The position numbers and the translations under genes were made by a program. The notes under the pieces were generated by a model. It was not told the origin of the DNA. It worked only from the letters and a program-made list of their open reading frames with translations, and ran no database searches. A stretch of 36,346 nucleotides of DNA from Octopus bimaculoides (lineage: Eukaryota). Positions within the stretch are counted from its first letter, which is position 1. The number at the start of each line of letters is the position of its first letter. The stretch is from the NCBI RefSeq assembly GCF_001194135.2, contig NC_069004.1, positions 21,181,078-21,217,423 of the forward strand, read 5' to 3'. Positions 9,399-21,030 of this stretch are shown in pieces.

Positions 9399-10913
9399 CT
9401 TTGGAGGTGAGATACACTGAATACACTTGAAAGAAGGCTATGGAAAAAAAAACTATTTCACATTGAGATTATGAACGTGTCGTTTACGAAATATTTACCG
9501 CATTTTAAAAGACATTTTCACTTTAAAATATTTTGCCCATCATAATGTGTCTAATGGAAAGGTTAGAGTTTCTTCCCTTTCAGGGTTAAGTTATTTTCAG
9601 AGTATTTTCCCATTATGCACCGTTTTGGGTATTCATGCCCCCAAACTCCATATATCTCAATAACTACTTGTCCAATTTACGCAAAACTTGTTTTATTCCG
9701 TTCGTATTCACATTTCAGGGGAACTTTACTTTCAAAGTATTTTCCCATTATGCGCTAGTTTGGCTCTGTAGCGTTGCAAGTAAGCAAACAAGCAAGATTG
9801 AATTTCATTTTTAATGTATTATAAATATATAAAAGAGCATTGCAGTTCACTTGAAGCATTGTAGTACAGAAGTAGAACAGAAAAGGAAATTAAAGAAAGC
9901 TTTTTACCATGCAGAAGCTTTGCAAAAAAAAAAAACCTTTATATTTCAGACACAAAGGTGCATCTTCAGAAAGGAAGCAGTTCAAGAATGTCTAATTACA
10001 TCGATTTCGTTATTTTATTTTAAGCTTTTCGGAGTTTGGGTTAGCAGCAGCAGTAACTCTCTAACTATTGGTCGTTGTGACGTATTTTTCTCGTGGTGGT
10101 GGTAGACGTTGTAATGTTGGTTGTAGTCGTCGTGATGTATTCATCGGAGTCACCGGTTCATTTCCAATCAACTGTTGATTTTCAGGTTGAGGTGGTGAAT
10201 CAATATAGCTCCCTTGACACGAAGATGTTGCCTCATTTGGTCCAATGTTTGCTGAAGGAAGAGACGTTAGTAGTGAGGTACTCCTTCATTTGGAAGTGTA
10301 ATGGTCGAATTGTGCCATCGATGTAATTGTATTTCATGAAAAAATTAACTTCTCGTAAAACCCTATTACATAGCTACTCAACCTGCAAAAATAGGAGCCA
10401 AATTCCCACTACTTAGACTGCTGTCTTAACAAGAGAAGGACCTATCAAAAAAGTCCTAAGTAGACTAAAAGATGGACTACATTTAGTCAGGTCTCTTCAA
10501 TAAAGAATAATTTAGAACTACACAACGACAGCAGCAATGGCAACAACAACATCCTCATCATCAAAGTTAGATAGCTATTGATTACATATTGATTACATAT
10601 ATTTCATAACGTAATTTCTTATATTAGTACGGGGTGAACGTTTGTAGCGTAGGTTATAGGTAATGAATTCAATCAACGTACATCCCTCCTACTTATTCTG
10701 ACATAGTATATGGTTTTATTTTCATATATAATAAATAAACATGTAGATCTTTTAGAACATTGTCATTTTATCAGATTTTTCTGGCAAATTCTTAAATTAG
10801 TATACTCATTTATTTACATGGAAGAAAATTAGCAGAGAACTTTATTCTAATTCTTAATCTTTCTGTTAAAACTGTTGAAACAAGTTGTGGCAAATTCTTC
10901 TTTATCACAGCAA

Positions 10914-11830
10914 CTGGTTGCACACCACAAAGTTTAACGGAACCTACTGAAGCAAGCCAGCATGCTTGCAGAATTACCACGGGTGATGGCAAGGCTAAGG
11001 CACTGGGAAAACCAAGCACCCTTACGGGTATCACCTGAGATCTCGGTGAGGTATGCTGAGAAAGAAAAGAAAAAAAACATGAATGCAGCACCAAGTGCTT
11101 CAATTGGTCGCACACCACAAGGTTCAATGGAATCTACCAAAGCAAGCCAGCATGCTTAATGATTAAGTTTAGCTCGGTGTGACCAACATTTAGGTGGCAA
11201 GACAGACCGTGAAGACCTGTGAGCTCGAAGGGCCTACCAGACGTCAGCTCCCACTCTGAGTGCGATGGAGATGCAGAGCTCATCATTACTGAGTAGACTT
11301 CCAATGTTGACCACAAGCAGGGCATCAATCTATTACCCCGAGAATTTTACACTAGCTGAAAGTAGGCGACACCTTGAAAATTGATCAGATTGAATGAGGA
11401 GATAGTTGGAAGTGACACCTGAACGCAGATTGTCCTAGACTCTCTGTTTCCGTCTATCCTCAACTGTAACTGAAACTGACAAACTCAGATCCTTCCATTG
11501 TGATAGGGCTTGATCCATCTCCCTGTTGGAATGAGTCCATGCTGAAGAGGAGAGGATATTACTTACCAATGGGGAGCAAGCATGGATGCAGGAAAGAAAA
11601 CAGGGAAAAGATAAAGACGAGCACTTGCGCAGACCTAGACGACCAAACAGTTTAGGCAAAGCAGCTTGGTCACGCGAGTCTGGGGAGAGTTTGGCATTGA
11701 CCAAGCATTCGAGTTTCCTGAAGATTGTGTCGTCAAAGTTACCTCGAGAGAGATCAAAGACCAGGTATCTCGAATCTTCCTCGTGCACCTTATGGGCAAT
11801 TGTGGGTGTAAACCGTTAAAGTCACAATAT
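10914..11830 (-). mobile_element. CRE-clade (RLE) non-LTR retrotransposon fragment, copy 1, rearranged 3' end
   Basis: The minus strand reads DQAALPKLFGRLGLRKCSSLSFPCFLS, then LHGLSCHLNVGHTELNLIIK, then ISGDTRKGAWFSQCLSLAITRGNSASMLAC. These match recalled CRE motifs (QAxLP..GGLG.R; LHGLSC...H..LN; QRLS.A..RGN.AS). Confidence 0.75.
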
Positions 11831-12369
11831 TCTTGTAAGGAGCAGCAAACACAGGATTTATTAACCCAAAAAGACATAATGATGGACAATGTCAGATAAA
11901 TACGATAATTAATGCCATATGTGGTGTATTTGTTATTATTGTACCCAACGCAGATCTACAAAATAAGATAATCCTTTAGTCCATTTTGACTGTAATTATT
12001 GTGACTGATATATCAGTTAGTGACAACAATGATCGAAGAGACTTTAGAAATAGTTATTTGATATAGTTTTCCAATATTACATGAAAACAACTAATAAAAT
12101 ATTTGATAGTATAAGATGATAGTATAAGAAGTTCTACAAATTACGCCATAGAAAATTTATTTCATTACATGTGAAATAAAGATTGGAAATAATTTACCCT
12201 ACGGATCAACAGCAGAAACTACTTAAAGATGCTGCAAGCTGTTTTCTTAAAAGTGACTACAACCATCACGAGGTAGATAGATAGCCTTCTGTATTTTAAG
12301 GGTAACAAGTATTTCGCCCCTTAGCATGTACACTTCGTCGGAGTGAGAACTAAATTAGCCTTCCCCTAC

Positions 12370-12715
12370 AGAAAGTTTCCTTCTGCTGTTTCTTAACCAT
12401 AGTCACCTTGAACTGATCACAGCTGCCATTGTTATCTCCCTAGTAGTTTCTTTAGGTGTTTGGGCTCCAAACCAATCTTCAGCAAGGAACAGCACACTGA
12501 TCTTGCTTCAATAAGGAATAAGGCTGCATGCCATGCTTTGACAAGAACTTCATCAATCCAGTTCAGGTATTTAGCTTTCTTCAGTTGGTGAGAAATATCA
12601 ACTTTACCTTCCCAAACCAATACTAGTTCAACTACGTTGATTGTTTTTATTACTGCATAAAAGAAACCATTTCTGGTTCCAGGGACTTTAAGGCCACTTT
12701 CTCTTACCATCCCAT
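12370..12715 (-). mobile_element. HERO/NeSL-like RLE endonuclease-domain fragment
   Basis: ORF 12432-12710 reads KTINVVELVLVWEGKVDISHQLKKAKYLNWIDEVLVKAWHAALFLIE, resembling the RLE consensus K.V.L.ELTVPWE....AH..K..KY..L..E....GW. A frameshifted continuation reads AAVISSR*LWLR. Confidence 0.55.
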
Positions 12716-13733
12716 TACACCGTCACAACGTGTTGTTTACATTCCACAGCAGTAATTGCTTTCACCTCACTAGACGTCAGTGATTGGTTGAATTTACCGA
12801 AATACGACAACTTTTAACATGAAATAACTTCGAATATAAATTTTTTTCTCTGTTCTATAAGACAAAATATACAAGTATACGAAGTTTTAAACATTAAATA
12901 AAAAATGGTGTCCGCCAAATCAGAAAGATCCCTCTTACCCACTTACATCTCCGAATTGGAGGTTTAGTGCAAAATTAAAATCAGGTTCTTTGGGCAGTGT
13001 TCCTTATTGGCCTTCACTCTGTAGCTCCGTCTACTTGGCAATTTGAAAAGTATAACGAGATAGAAGTTTTGTAAATTAAGGCTAAAGAAAATATATTATA
13101 TTTATGTTTGGCTATTCAAAATGGCAAGTGTCGTACTCGAAGGAAAAGGTCAAAATTTTTGCTTGTAACATTTCTTTCTACTCATGTAAAGACTAGTCCA
13201 GATTATGTAAGTTAACTAATCATATAAATCCATAATTGAAGGGAAGTAATTATGAAAACAAAATTTTGTAAGGGAGATAAATCATGCAAGTTAATTTTTT
13301 CGCAAGAAATTGTTCGTTATTTATTCCCTAACTTACGATTAATTTAGCATCTGTTTGGAAGAATGAATGTTCCAGTTGCTCAGCGGAACCCCTCAGGTTT
13401 TACAGCATAAATGACTGAGTAATCCCCAAATACGTGGACTCTTTCACATTCAGTGTAAAACATTGTGTGACACGACTTGGTTTTCGAATCCTAAGTACAA
13501 CGCAGATCTAGAGATAATCCATTCACCTACAAAGTCGGAAACGAATTATTTAACTACTCAATCATGTGCCTTGCTAACCACACTGGCAAAAATATAAACG
13601 TCACAGTTTCTCATTTATTCTCCCAAATTCATTCCTGGCCTTTGCATTTAGTAAAAATAAAATAAAACAAACTTATTTCGAAACATCAGCTGAATATTTC
13701 AAAATTTTATTACATATATAGCACGTATGTATA

Positions 13734-13781
<48 letters not shown>

Positions 13782-13782
13782 T

Positions 13783-14851
13783 AAAAGAAAGACAAAGAAA
13801 AAACATCACTGCAGCACCAAGTGCTTCAATTGGTTGCACACCACAAGGTTCAATGGAATCTATCGAAGCAAGCCATCTCGCTCGCGATATTACCACAGGC
13901 GATGGTGAAACTAAGGCGTCTGAAAACTCAAGGACCCTCATGGGCATCACCTGACACTTCAGTGAGATGAGCTGCCAATGATGACAAGAACTTCGCAGTT
14001 AGTGGCCCAGTCCCTCCGAACGTCTCAAATGCCACAGGTTGGAAAAGATAGTCCACTGCCAGATCCCGATACTTCAGGGTTTCGTTCCATTCGGCTATGG
14101 AAGCAGTGACCCTCCCATTACCTGCGGCATCCAGGGTGTGGGAGGGAGCAAAGCAGTCACAAACTATAGCATCCAAGATGAGGCACCTATCTCTTACCCA
14201 GGGACAGAGGATAAGACCATCTGGTTTCTTCCCACTACTTCTGGATGATCCCGACGGCTCCAGAACTGAGGGGATATTAATCCATACCAGGGCCCTCTTG
14301 ATGATTAAGTTTAGCTCGGTGTGACCAGCATTTAGGTGGCAAGACAGACCGTGAAGACTTGTGAGATTGAGGGGCCTACCAGACGTCAGCTCCCACTCTG
14401 AGTGCGATGGAGATGCAGAGATCATCATTACTGAGTAGACTTCCAATGCTGACCACAGGCAGGGCATCAATCTAGTCCCCCGAGAATTTTACACTAGCTG
14501 AAAGTAGGCGACACCTTTAAAATTGATCAGATTGATTGAGGAGAGAGTTGAAAGTGACACCTGAACGCAGATTGTCCTCTGTTTCTGTCTATCCTCAACT
14601 GTAACAGAAACTGACAAACCCAGACCTCTTGACTGTAGCAGAAGTTGATAGATGTCCTTGTTGGAATTAGTCCATGTTGGAGAGGAGAGAATGTTACCTA
14701 CTAATGAGGAGCAAGCATGGTTGGAAGAAAGAAAACAGGGAAGAGATAAAGATGAGCACTTGCGCAGACCTAGACCCCCAAACAGTTTGAGCAAAACCAC
14801 CTGGTCGCGGGTGTCTGACATTGAACCAAATATTCAAGTTTCCTGAAGAGA
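13783..14851 (-). mobile_element. CRE-clade (RLE) non-LTR retrotransposon 3' fragment, copy 2
   Basis: Reads LFGGLGLRKCSSLSLPCFLSS...LHGLSCHLNAGHTELNLIIKRAL..IPSVLEPSGSSRSSGKKPDGLILCPW...LDAIVCDCFAPSH...LKY..L...FQPVAFETFG, with the PD..D/E-xK RLE core. Its T-rich 3' tail abuts (TA)n at 13736-13778. Confidence 0.8.
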
Positions 14852-16446
14852 TGGCAAGAATCTATAAGAGGGACTGAATGTTCATGCTTCTGGAGAGCTT
14901 TAGTAGTTTTCAAATTTTTTATACATTTGTTTTTTCAGTCAACTATAAATTATGAGTGTCTTGCAAGTGACTTGTTGCAATAAGCATTAACTATAAATCT
15001 TGTTTATCCCGGTGTTACAAATGTATAAAAATAAAGATTTAAGGCTTTAAAAAATCCATGCTTTAAAAGATGCTCATAATTTTGCTATATCTAAATAAAA
15101 TTAATATGAGCGAGTAAACTGAATCCCTTTACTGGACAAACTATCTCCCACATGTTCTCGTTGTAGCACTGGTAACACTAAACTGGGAAGAGTGTAAGAG
15201 TGAGTGTTCGGCGCTAAAAGTTCATCTAAGTCCAATATTTGCTTTCTTCAGAATCCAGCAGGCACTGGTGGTCCTAGCCTCTGAATCTTAAGAAACCTAT
15301 CGATTGTTGCATTATGTTCTATAGTTTGGCCAAATCCCCCAGTTTGACAATATCCTAGTGATTGGAATTTGTGACCCAATAGGAACGAGGACCCTGTTAT
15401 AAAACCACCAAAGAAGCTGGCAAAATCTTCAGGGCCTAGACCGAAACAGTTACAGTTACCATCTCTGGTATTTTTTCAGTGTCTAGCTTTGTCTTGGTAG
15501 TCCAATTAGTTGCAAAAAGGTACCATTTTGTGCGCATGAGTACAGATCAACATTATAGTTAGTGGGNNNNNNNNNNNNNNNNNNNNNNNNNNNNNNNNNN
15601 NNNNNNNNNNNNNNNNNNNNNNNNNNNNNNNNNNNNNNNNNNNNNNNNNNNNNNNNNNNNNNNNNNNNNNNNNNNNNNNNNNNNNNNNNNNNNNNNNNNN
15701 NNNNNNNNNNNNNNTTTTTTTTTTCAGAATCATAATCTCCGCATTTTTCTACATATTTCCCAAAAAAGAATTTCTGAAAAAGGTGAAAATTGAAGAATTT
15801 GGTGGGTGGGGGAAATTAAAATTTTAAAACGCCTTTTTTTTGCAGAATCAGAATCTTTGTACTTGAAAATGGGGGATTCTGTAAAAAAAAACAAAAAAAC
15901 GGAAGGGGGTGCGGTCCACATTCTTTATGCCCGCCAGTTAGTGACTATGCTTGGAAGCAGACAAATGTTTTAATCTCTTACAATGAGCGTTGAATAAAAA
16001 GATTTTGAGACTGTTCCTTGTAAAGTATACACATACACTCTTGTGGAGGCAATCAACACACAAAGAAATTGATGTGCACAGAAAAAGTTAGGTGTGTAAA
16101 AAAATGCAATGATTTATGATTATACATATACATATAGCACACTTAAACACAGGAGGAAAATTTTACAATGTATGATTTTTACGTTAACTGTTTGTATGGC
16201 TTTTTATGTTCTGAAATCAGGTTCAACTGAGACCAACTTCATTTTACATCCTTCCAAGGGTCAATTTAATCAACTAAAATTGTGGTTTTGTATCTAAGTC
16301 GGAAACCAATATTATGATAACTGCAGTAAATTGGTCTCAACTCTAAAAAATAATTTTCTCTTAAATTTTTAAGATCGTAAAGAAACAAAGAATAAATTGC
16401 TACATATTGGTACATGATAAATGAATAAAAGAAAAATATTAATAAT

Positions 16447-16600
16447 TTGGCTGTGTTTCAGAAGCCTGCTTTGCAACCACATAATTTTGGGTTCGGTCCC
16501 ACTGCATGGTACCTTAGACAAGTGACTTTTTCTATAGACCCGGGCCGATAAATGCCTTGTGAATGAATTCAGTAGACAAAAACGGTGTGAAAACAAGTTG
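16447..16600 (+). mobile_element. SINE family 1, 5' fragment
   Basis: GGCTGTG...GGGTTCGGTCCCACTGCATGGTACCTTAGACAAGTG, homologous to the head of 7899-8318. Confidence 0.7.
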
Positions 16601-17087
16601 TGTGTGTGTGTGTGTGGGGGGTATAAGAAGAGATATCCAAAAGTAACTGGAAACGCTTTCTCTGAGACAAGCCCATTGTAGTTCAGGCGTCTGGCACTAG
16701 AAGCTACTTGATTCAACCCTCAGGTATCAGTCTGCCAACCGGTGTCATGCAGTAAGGTTGTACTGCCATGTGGTGCATTTTTGTTTTGAAGTGCTTCTCC
16801 CCAGCTTGTTGATTTTTGTGATGGCTGAAATGGAAAGACAGCATGCTTCCATGAAATTCTGTTTTCTGCTGGGGAAAACGGCAGCCAAAACAGTTCTCAT
16901 ACTTCAAACAGCTTACAAGGACGCTACCATGAACAAAACANNNNNNNNNNCATACTTCAAACAGCTTACAAGGACGCTACCATGAACAAAACAAAGGTTT
17001 AGGAGTAGGTTTTACACTTTAGGAATGGTCACTTGTCGCTTGAAGACCAACCTCGTTCAGGGCAAAGATGAATCTCCTGAATGAATG

Positions 17088-18069
17088 TGTAGTGAAACCT
17101 CTCTCTCGGGTATTTATTTACAAATGATAACATCTAGCCTTCGGCCGCTTAGACCCTGCTGTGTCCATCACCCTGATTGGCTCTTATTTGCGCGGCATTT
17201 GTCACCAGTTCTGTTTCGCGCCAAGGTGCATACCAACCAATCGTGGCCTTCTAATAAGGTCACGTGAGAGAGTGTTTTTCTGCTGTTTCTGGAGCCCCTT
17301 TTTACTTATAAATAGTCTTGCTTTATTTAAGCCAGTTTGTCGCGACCTCAGACCTTTTCAGGTCTGGTCATAGACCACACACAGAACACAGCTCCAGCCA
17401 GTTTCCAGCGACGACGTCAATATCACCGTTCTACTGTCTTCTACAGTCCCGTCGCCACCAGAGTACATGCAACCAACAAACGCGGTTCCTTCTCAACACT
17501 GTTTGTGTGGATTGTTTCCACCTCGAAAATAACAGCCAGAACAACTTGCAAGGATATTCTGTGCCAAGTAACCGGTCGCAGCATCGAAGCTCAACTTCAC
17601 ACACGACATGTGACACCTCAGCTCTGCTATTTGGCCATGACCTCTTGTGTATAGACATTCTACCTACTGTGTAACTCACTATGAACTGGTATTTCTCTAT
17701 CTTTGTGTTCAGGACTCTTATAGTCTATGTTACAGACTCTTATTCCATGCTCTGTATTTCTCATTCACACACATATTCACATATTATTGTATACACACTC
17801 TTGTTTATGCGACGGCCTGTCTTATATATTGTATTATATTGCTGCATGCACGCACACACAGCCACACAGTTGACTATCCTAATAAACTTACTCTCTCTAT
17901 ATATCTAACGGTTGTGCCTCTCTCTTTCCTTTGGTGGCACTTGCTCGCATCTCACATGCGAGCCGTCTTATGTCATATTTCATGTTTTCTGTCGACCGTG
18001 CGACGCGTTAAAAGGAGCCTGTCTTCTGTTCGTCACCATCTCCTTTGGTTCACACGGTCGTTCTCTACA
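17088..18069 (+). mobile_element. Solo LTR, family A (982 bp)
   Basis: TGTAG...CTACA termini and a 4-bp TSD AATG (17084-87, 18070-73). It carries CCAAT boxes (17176-80 reverse, 17237-41), CACGTG (17261-66), TATAAATA (17307-14) and AATAAA (17881-86). Confidence 0.88.
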
Positions 18070-18418
18070 AATGAAAACAGCATGTAAATTCATGAACTGA
18101 TCTTGGAGGACCATCGTCAAGCAAATGACAAACTTGATATGACTGGTGTGTCGTAGAGCCCTTGACAATGAATTTTGAGCAGAATTGGGAATGAAAAAAG
18201 TTGCAGCAAAATTTGTGACTCACTTGCTCACAGAAGATCAAAAGCAGTCATGACTTAATGTGTGATGTGAACTGAAAGAACAGTTGGAAGTTGATCCGAA
18301 CCTTTTTTCAAAGGTCGTCAATGGTGATGAAAGCTAGTGCTGTTGGCTACGACCCAGAAACAAAGCAGCAATCAAGTCGATGGAAGCATTCAATGTCATC
18401 ATGTCCGCCAAAAGTGTG

Positions 18419-18871
18419 TGTAAATATGTATGATAGTAGTGATAGAGACTTTAGTCTCTCTCTATCACCTTTCAACAGCATTATGAATGAAGAGACATCA
18501 GAATAATTAACTACATATTAAAAAGGTTTTATTTATGACTATGATGCTTGGTTATACAGTTCCTGTCATTCTGCTTAGCAGCCGCTGATTAAGTTGTAGT
18601 TTGGTAATGGAAGGTTAAGGGCTTCCTTGATGCCTGCCAGAGAAGCAAGTAGCTATCACATCGATAGCATCATGGTGAAAAGTGCTTCGTGGAAGAGCGA
18701 GGTGTTGTCATGTAGAAGGTCTGAGCTCAACTCGCCTAACAAAGTGAAACCACTGTTTAAGTACGAGTTTTACTACGCATGCGCAACTCGAGGAGCTTCC
18801 GGTGGTGAAGTCCCCTGGGCATGCGCAGAATAGTACTTCCTCAATGGCGGCTATAATTTCGTGCCACTACA
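18419..18871 (-). mobile_element. Solo LTR, family B (453 bp)
   Basis: TGTA...TACA termini and a 4-bp TSD TGTG (18415-18, 18872-75). The minus strand starts TGTAGTG like family A and has two GCGCATGC motifs, CCGGAAG and a downstream AATAAA. Confidence 0.8.
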
Positions 18872-19442
18872 TGTGTAAAGTGGAGACCAATGTCAACATG
18901 ATGCTGATTTGTTTCATTGATGTGAAAGGAATTTGTTCCTCCTGGTCAAACTGTTAATCAGAAATTTTACTTGGCACTTCTGAAGCATTTGCGAGACATG
19001 GCAAGACAAAAACATCCTGACCTACAGCAAAGTGGAGAAGGGTGGTTTCATCATGACAATGCACCTTCGCACACCACTTTGAGTGTGAGACAGTTTTTGA
19101 CCAAAACATGGGTATAATTCTGTTTACTCACCCTCCCTATTCACCTGATCTTGCTCCCTGCAATTTTTTCTGTGCCTCCGAATGAAAAAAGTCCTTAAAG
19201 GAAAACGATTTGCAGATGTGGAAGAGGTGGAAAAAAAAAAAAACCAACGGCATCACTTTGCAAGAGTTCCAGGACTGCTTCAAACAGTGGAAAATGTATC
19301 TGGATTGATGCATTGCTTCAAATGGAGAATACTTTGAAGGTGCTAAAAGTATAAACATGTAAAACTAAGTGAATAAAATAATATTGCAAAACTCTGGTTT
19401 CTTTTGGATACCCCCTCGTATGATATATATATATATATATAT

Positions 19443-19800
19443 ATTCTTTTATTCTTTTACTTGTTTCAGTCATTTGACTGTGGTCATGCTTAGCACCACC
19501 TTAAAGGGTTTTAGTTAAAGAAATCAACCCAGGACTTTGTAAGCCTAGTACTTATTCTATTGGTCTGTTTGGCCAAACCACTGGGGGGGGGGGCGAACAC
19601 GAACACAAAGTCACACATAAATATATACATATACGATGGATTTCTTCTCAGTTTCCGTTTACCAAATTAACTCACAAGGCTTTGGCCGTCCTGAGACTAT
19701 AGAAGAAGATCCTTGCCCAATGTGCCTTGCAGTGGGACTGAACCACAAACCATGCAGTTGGTAAGCAAGCTTCTTATGGCACAGCCATGCCAATGCCTAC
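19443..19800 (-). mobile_element. SINE family 1 copy
   Basis: Collinear homology to 7899-8318 (TTACTTGTTTCAGTCATTTGACTG; AAGCCTAGTACTTATTCTAT; GCAGTGGGACTGAACC). Confidence 0.85.
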
Positions 19801-20210
19801 ACAGACACACACACACAAACATGTATATATTATTTAATAGACTCAATACATGGTTTTATGTGCTACTAATAGTTTTATATGTTGAGAAATACCTCAAATA
19901 TATTAATCAGGCACAAACCACACATGCATTATATATATACTTATAAATATAAATATATATATATANNNNNNNNNNTATATATATATATATATATATATAT
20001 ATTCCTGGTGAAGGCCAGTTTATGGGGTTAACCTGGGTTTCCTGTCCATAAAGGGTTTAACTTTATGGTGTACTGTTGGCCTATGACCTCTTTAAAATAT
20101 GCAGGGTAAAAGTCTAGATCATTTCTCTTTGCCAATGGCTATCAACTTCCGGCTGTACTGCCATTATTCAGCTGTGAGAGTAGACAATAGAGGATTATCT
20201 CCCTCTCCTG

Positions 20211-20590
20211 TTAACTATCAACTTGTAGCAATTCCCAAAAGGCCAACAGAAATCTCCTAAAATGCAAACATGGCCCGAAAATCTGTGTTCCGGAGTTAAG
20301 TATAGCCCCTGGCTTGAGTGAGTCCCTTAGGATTCTCGTTCATTTGGCTATGCATGGCTTGCAGAATTTCCTCCCATTAATGTAGGGGCCTGGGTTTTCG
20401 AGGATTTTCCATGAGCTCAAGTGTGGAACTCCATTGTCTTTTAGTTGCCAAACGTGGCTGGCCAGCAATGTTATATATCTCTTTTCTGGGATTCTGAAGG
20501 AGGATTGATGGCTGGAAAGACGTTTGTTGAATGAATTTCCGGTACAACCAGTATATTTAAATGGACGTGTAATGTCGGTGCTGTACCTAT
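20211..20590 (-). mobile_element. Penelope-like element GIY-YIG endonuclease fragment
   Basis: A minus-strand frame not in the ORF track reads KYTGCTGNSFNKRLSSHQSSFRIPEKRYITLLASHVWQLKDNGVPHLSSWKILENPGPYINGRKFCKPCIAK*TRIL...ILNSGTQIFGPCLHFRRFLL. This fits the PLE pattern Y.G.T...F..R...H..SF...L..H.W.LK...W.I...C..C...LN...C.H..FLL. Confidence 0.8.
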
Positions 20591-20765
20591 TATTGTTGTT
20601 GTTGCTGCTGCCACTGTCGATGTAGTTGTAGCTGCTGATGTCATTGCTGTCGCTGATGTTGTTGCTGCTGTTAATGCTGTTGTTGCTGTTGCCACTGTTG
20701 ATGTTGTTAATGCTGCTGCTGCTGATGCTAGAGTTGGGGCTGCTGGTGTTGGTGGTGGTTGTGTC
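20591..20765. repeat. Degenerate (GTT/GCT/GAT)n trinucleotide low-complexity tract
   Basis: Read directly from the sequence. Confidence 0.85.
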
Positions 20766-20861
20766 AGTAATGTTACAGCAAGCAGATAAAGACTAATCTT
20801 ATCCGAATAATTCGTTCAACCATTAATAAACATTTCACTTTTAATAAATATAGTCCTATAA

Positions 20862-21030
20862 TCTATATATATAAAACAGAAGATGTGTGTCTGTCTGTGT
20901 TTGTTATGTTGTTAAAACTTAAGATCCACCCAACTGATTTTAATGAAATCTTACACATGCATTACATAGGATCCATGGAGTGTCATGGATCAAAAACATT
21001 TTCAACTTCTTGCCTGATGCAGGCCTAGGG
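20862..21030 (+). mobile_element. Non-autonomous Helitron-like 5' fragment
   Basis: Begins A|TCTATATATATAAAA followed by GTGTGTCTGTCTG. It shares a ~54-bp block (20967-21020) with 27758-27811. The Helitron assignment rests only on the terminus pattern. Confidence 0.5.

Larger units (their letters stand above)
16626..19418 (+). mobile_element. Degenerate mariner (DD34D-type), interrupted by two solo LTRs
   Basis: The N-terminus MAEMERQHASMKFCFLLGKTAAKT starts at 16821, followed by ELGMKKVAAKFV, VNGDES, YDPETKQQS, MLICFIDVKG, HHDNAPSH, HPPYSPDLAPC and GEYFEG. The 3' TIR GGATACCCCCTCG|TA ends at 19418 and a diverged 5' TIR lies at ~16624-16650. Length minus insertions is ~1.3 kb. Confidence 0.9.

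Noticed and set aside
10093-10326. 77-aa Val-rich ORF, and an apparent minus-strand acceptor at ~10385
   Set aside because: There is no homology signal, and the acceptor-like sequence is part of the dispersed MITE arm motif.
16898-16993. Perfect 43-bp direct repeat on either side of a 10-N gap
   Set aside because: Identical copies separated only by Ns, inside a mariner ORF that needs one copy, are the typical sign of unmerged overlapping contig ends.
20471-20695. Ala/Thr-rich 74-aa ORF
   Set aside because: It is a translation of a trinucleotide tract, and the overlapping alternative frame is the Penelope GIY-YIG remnant.
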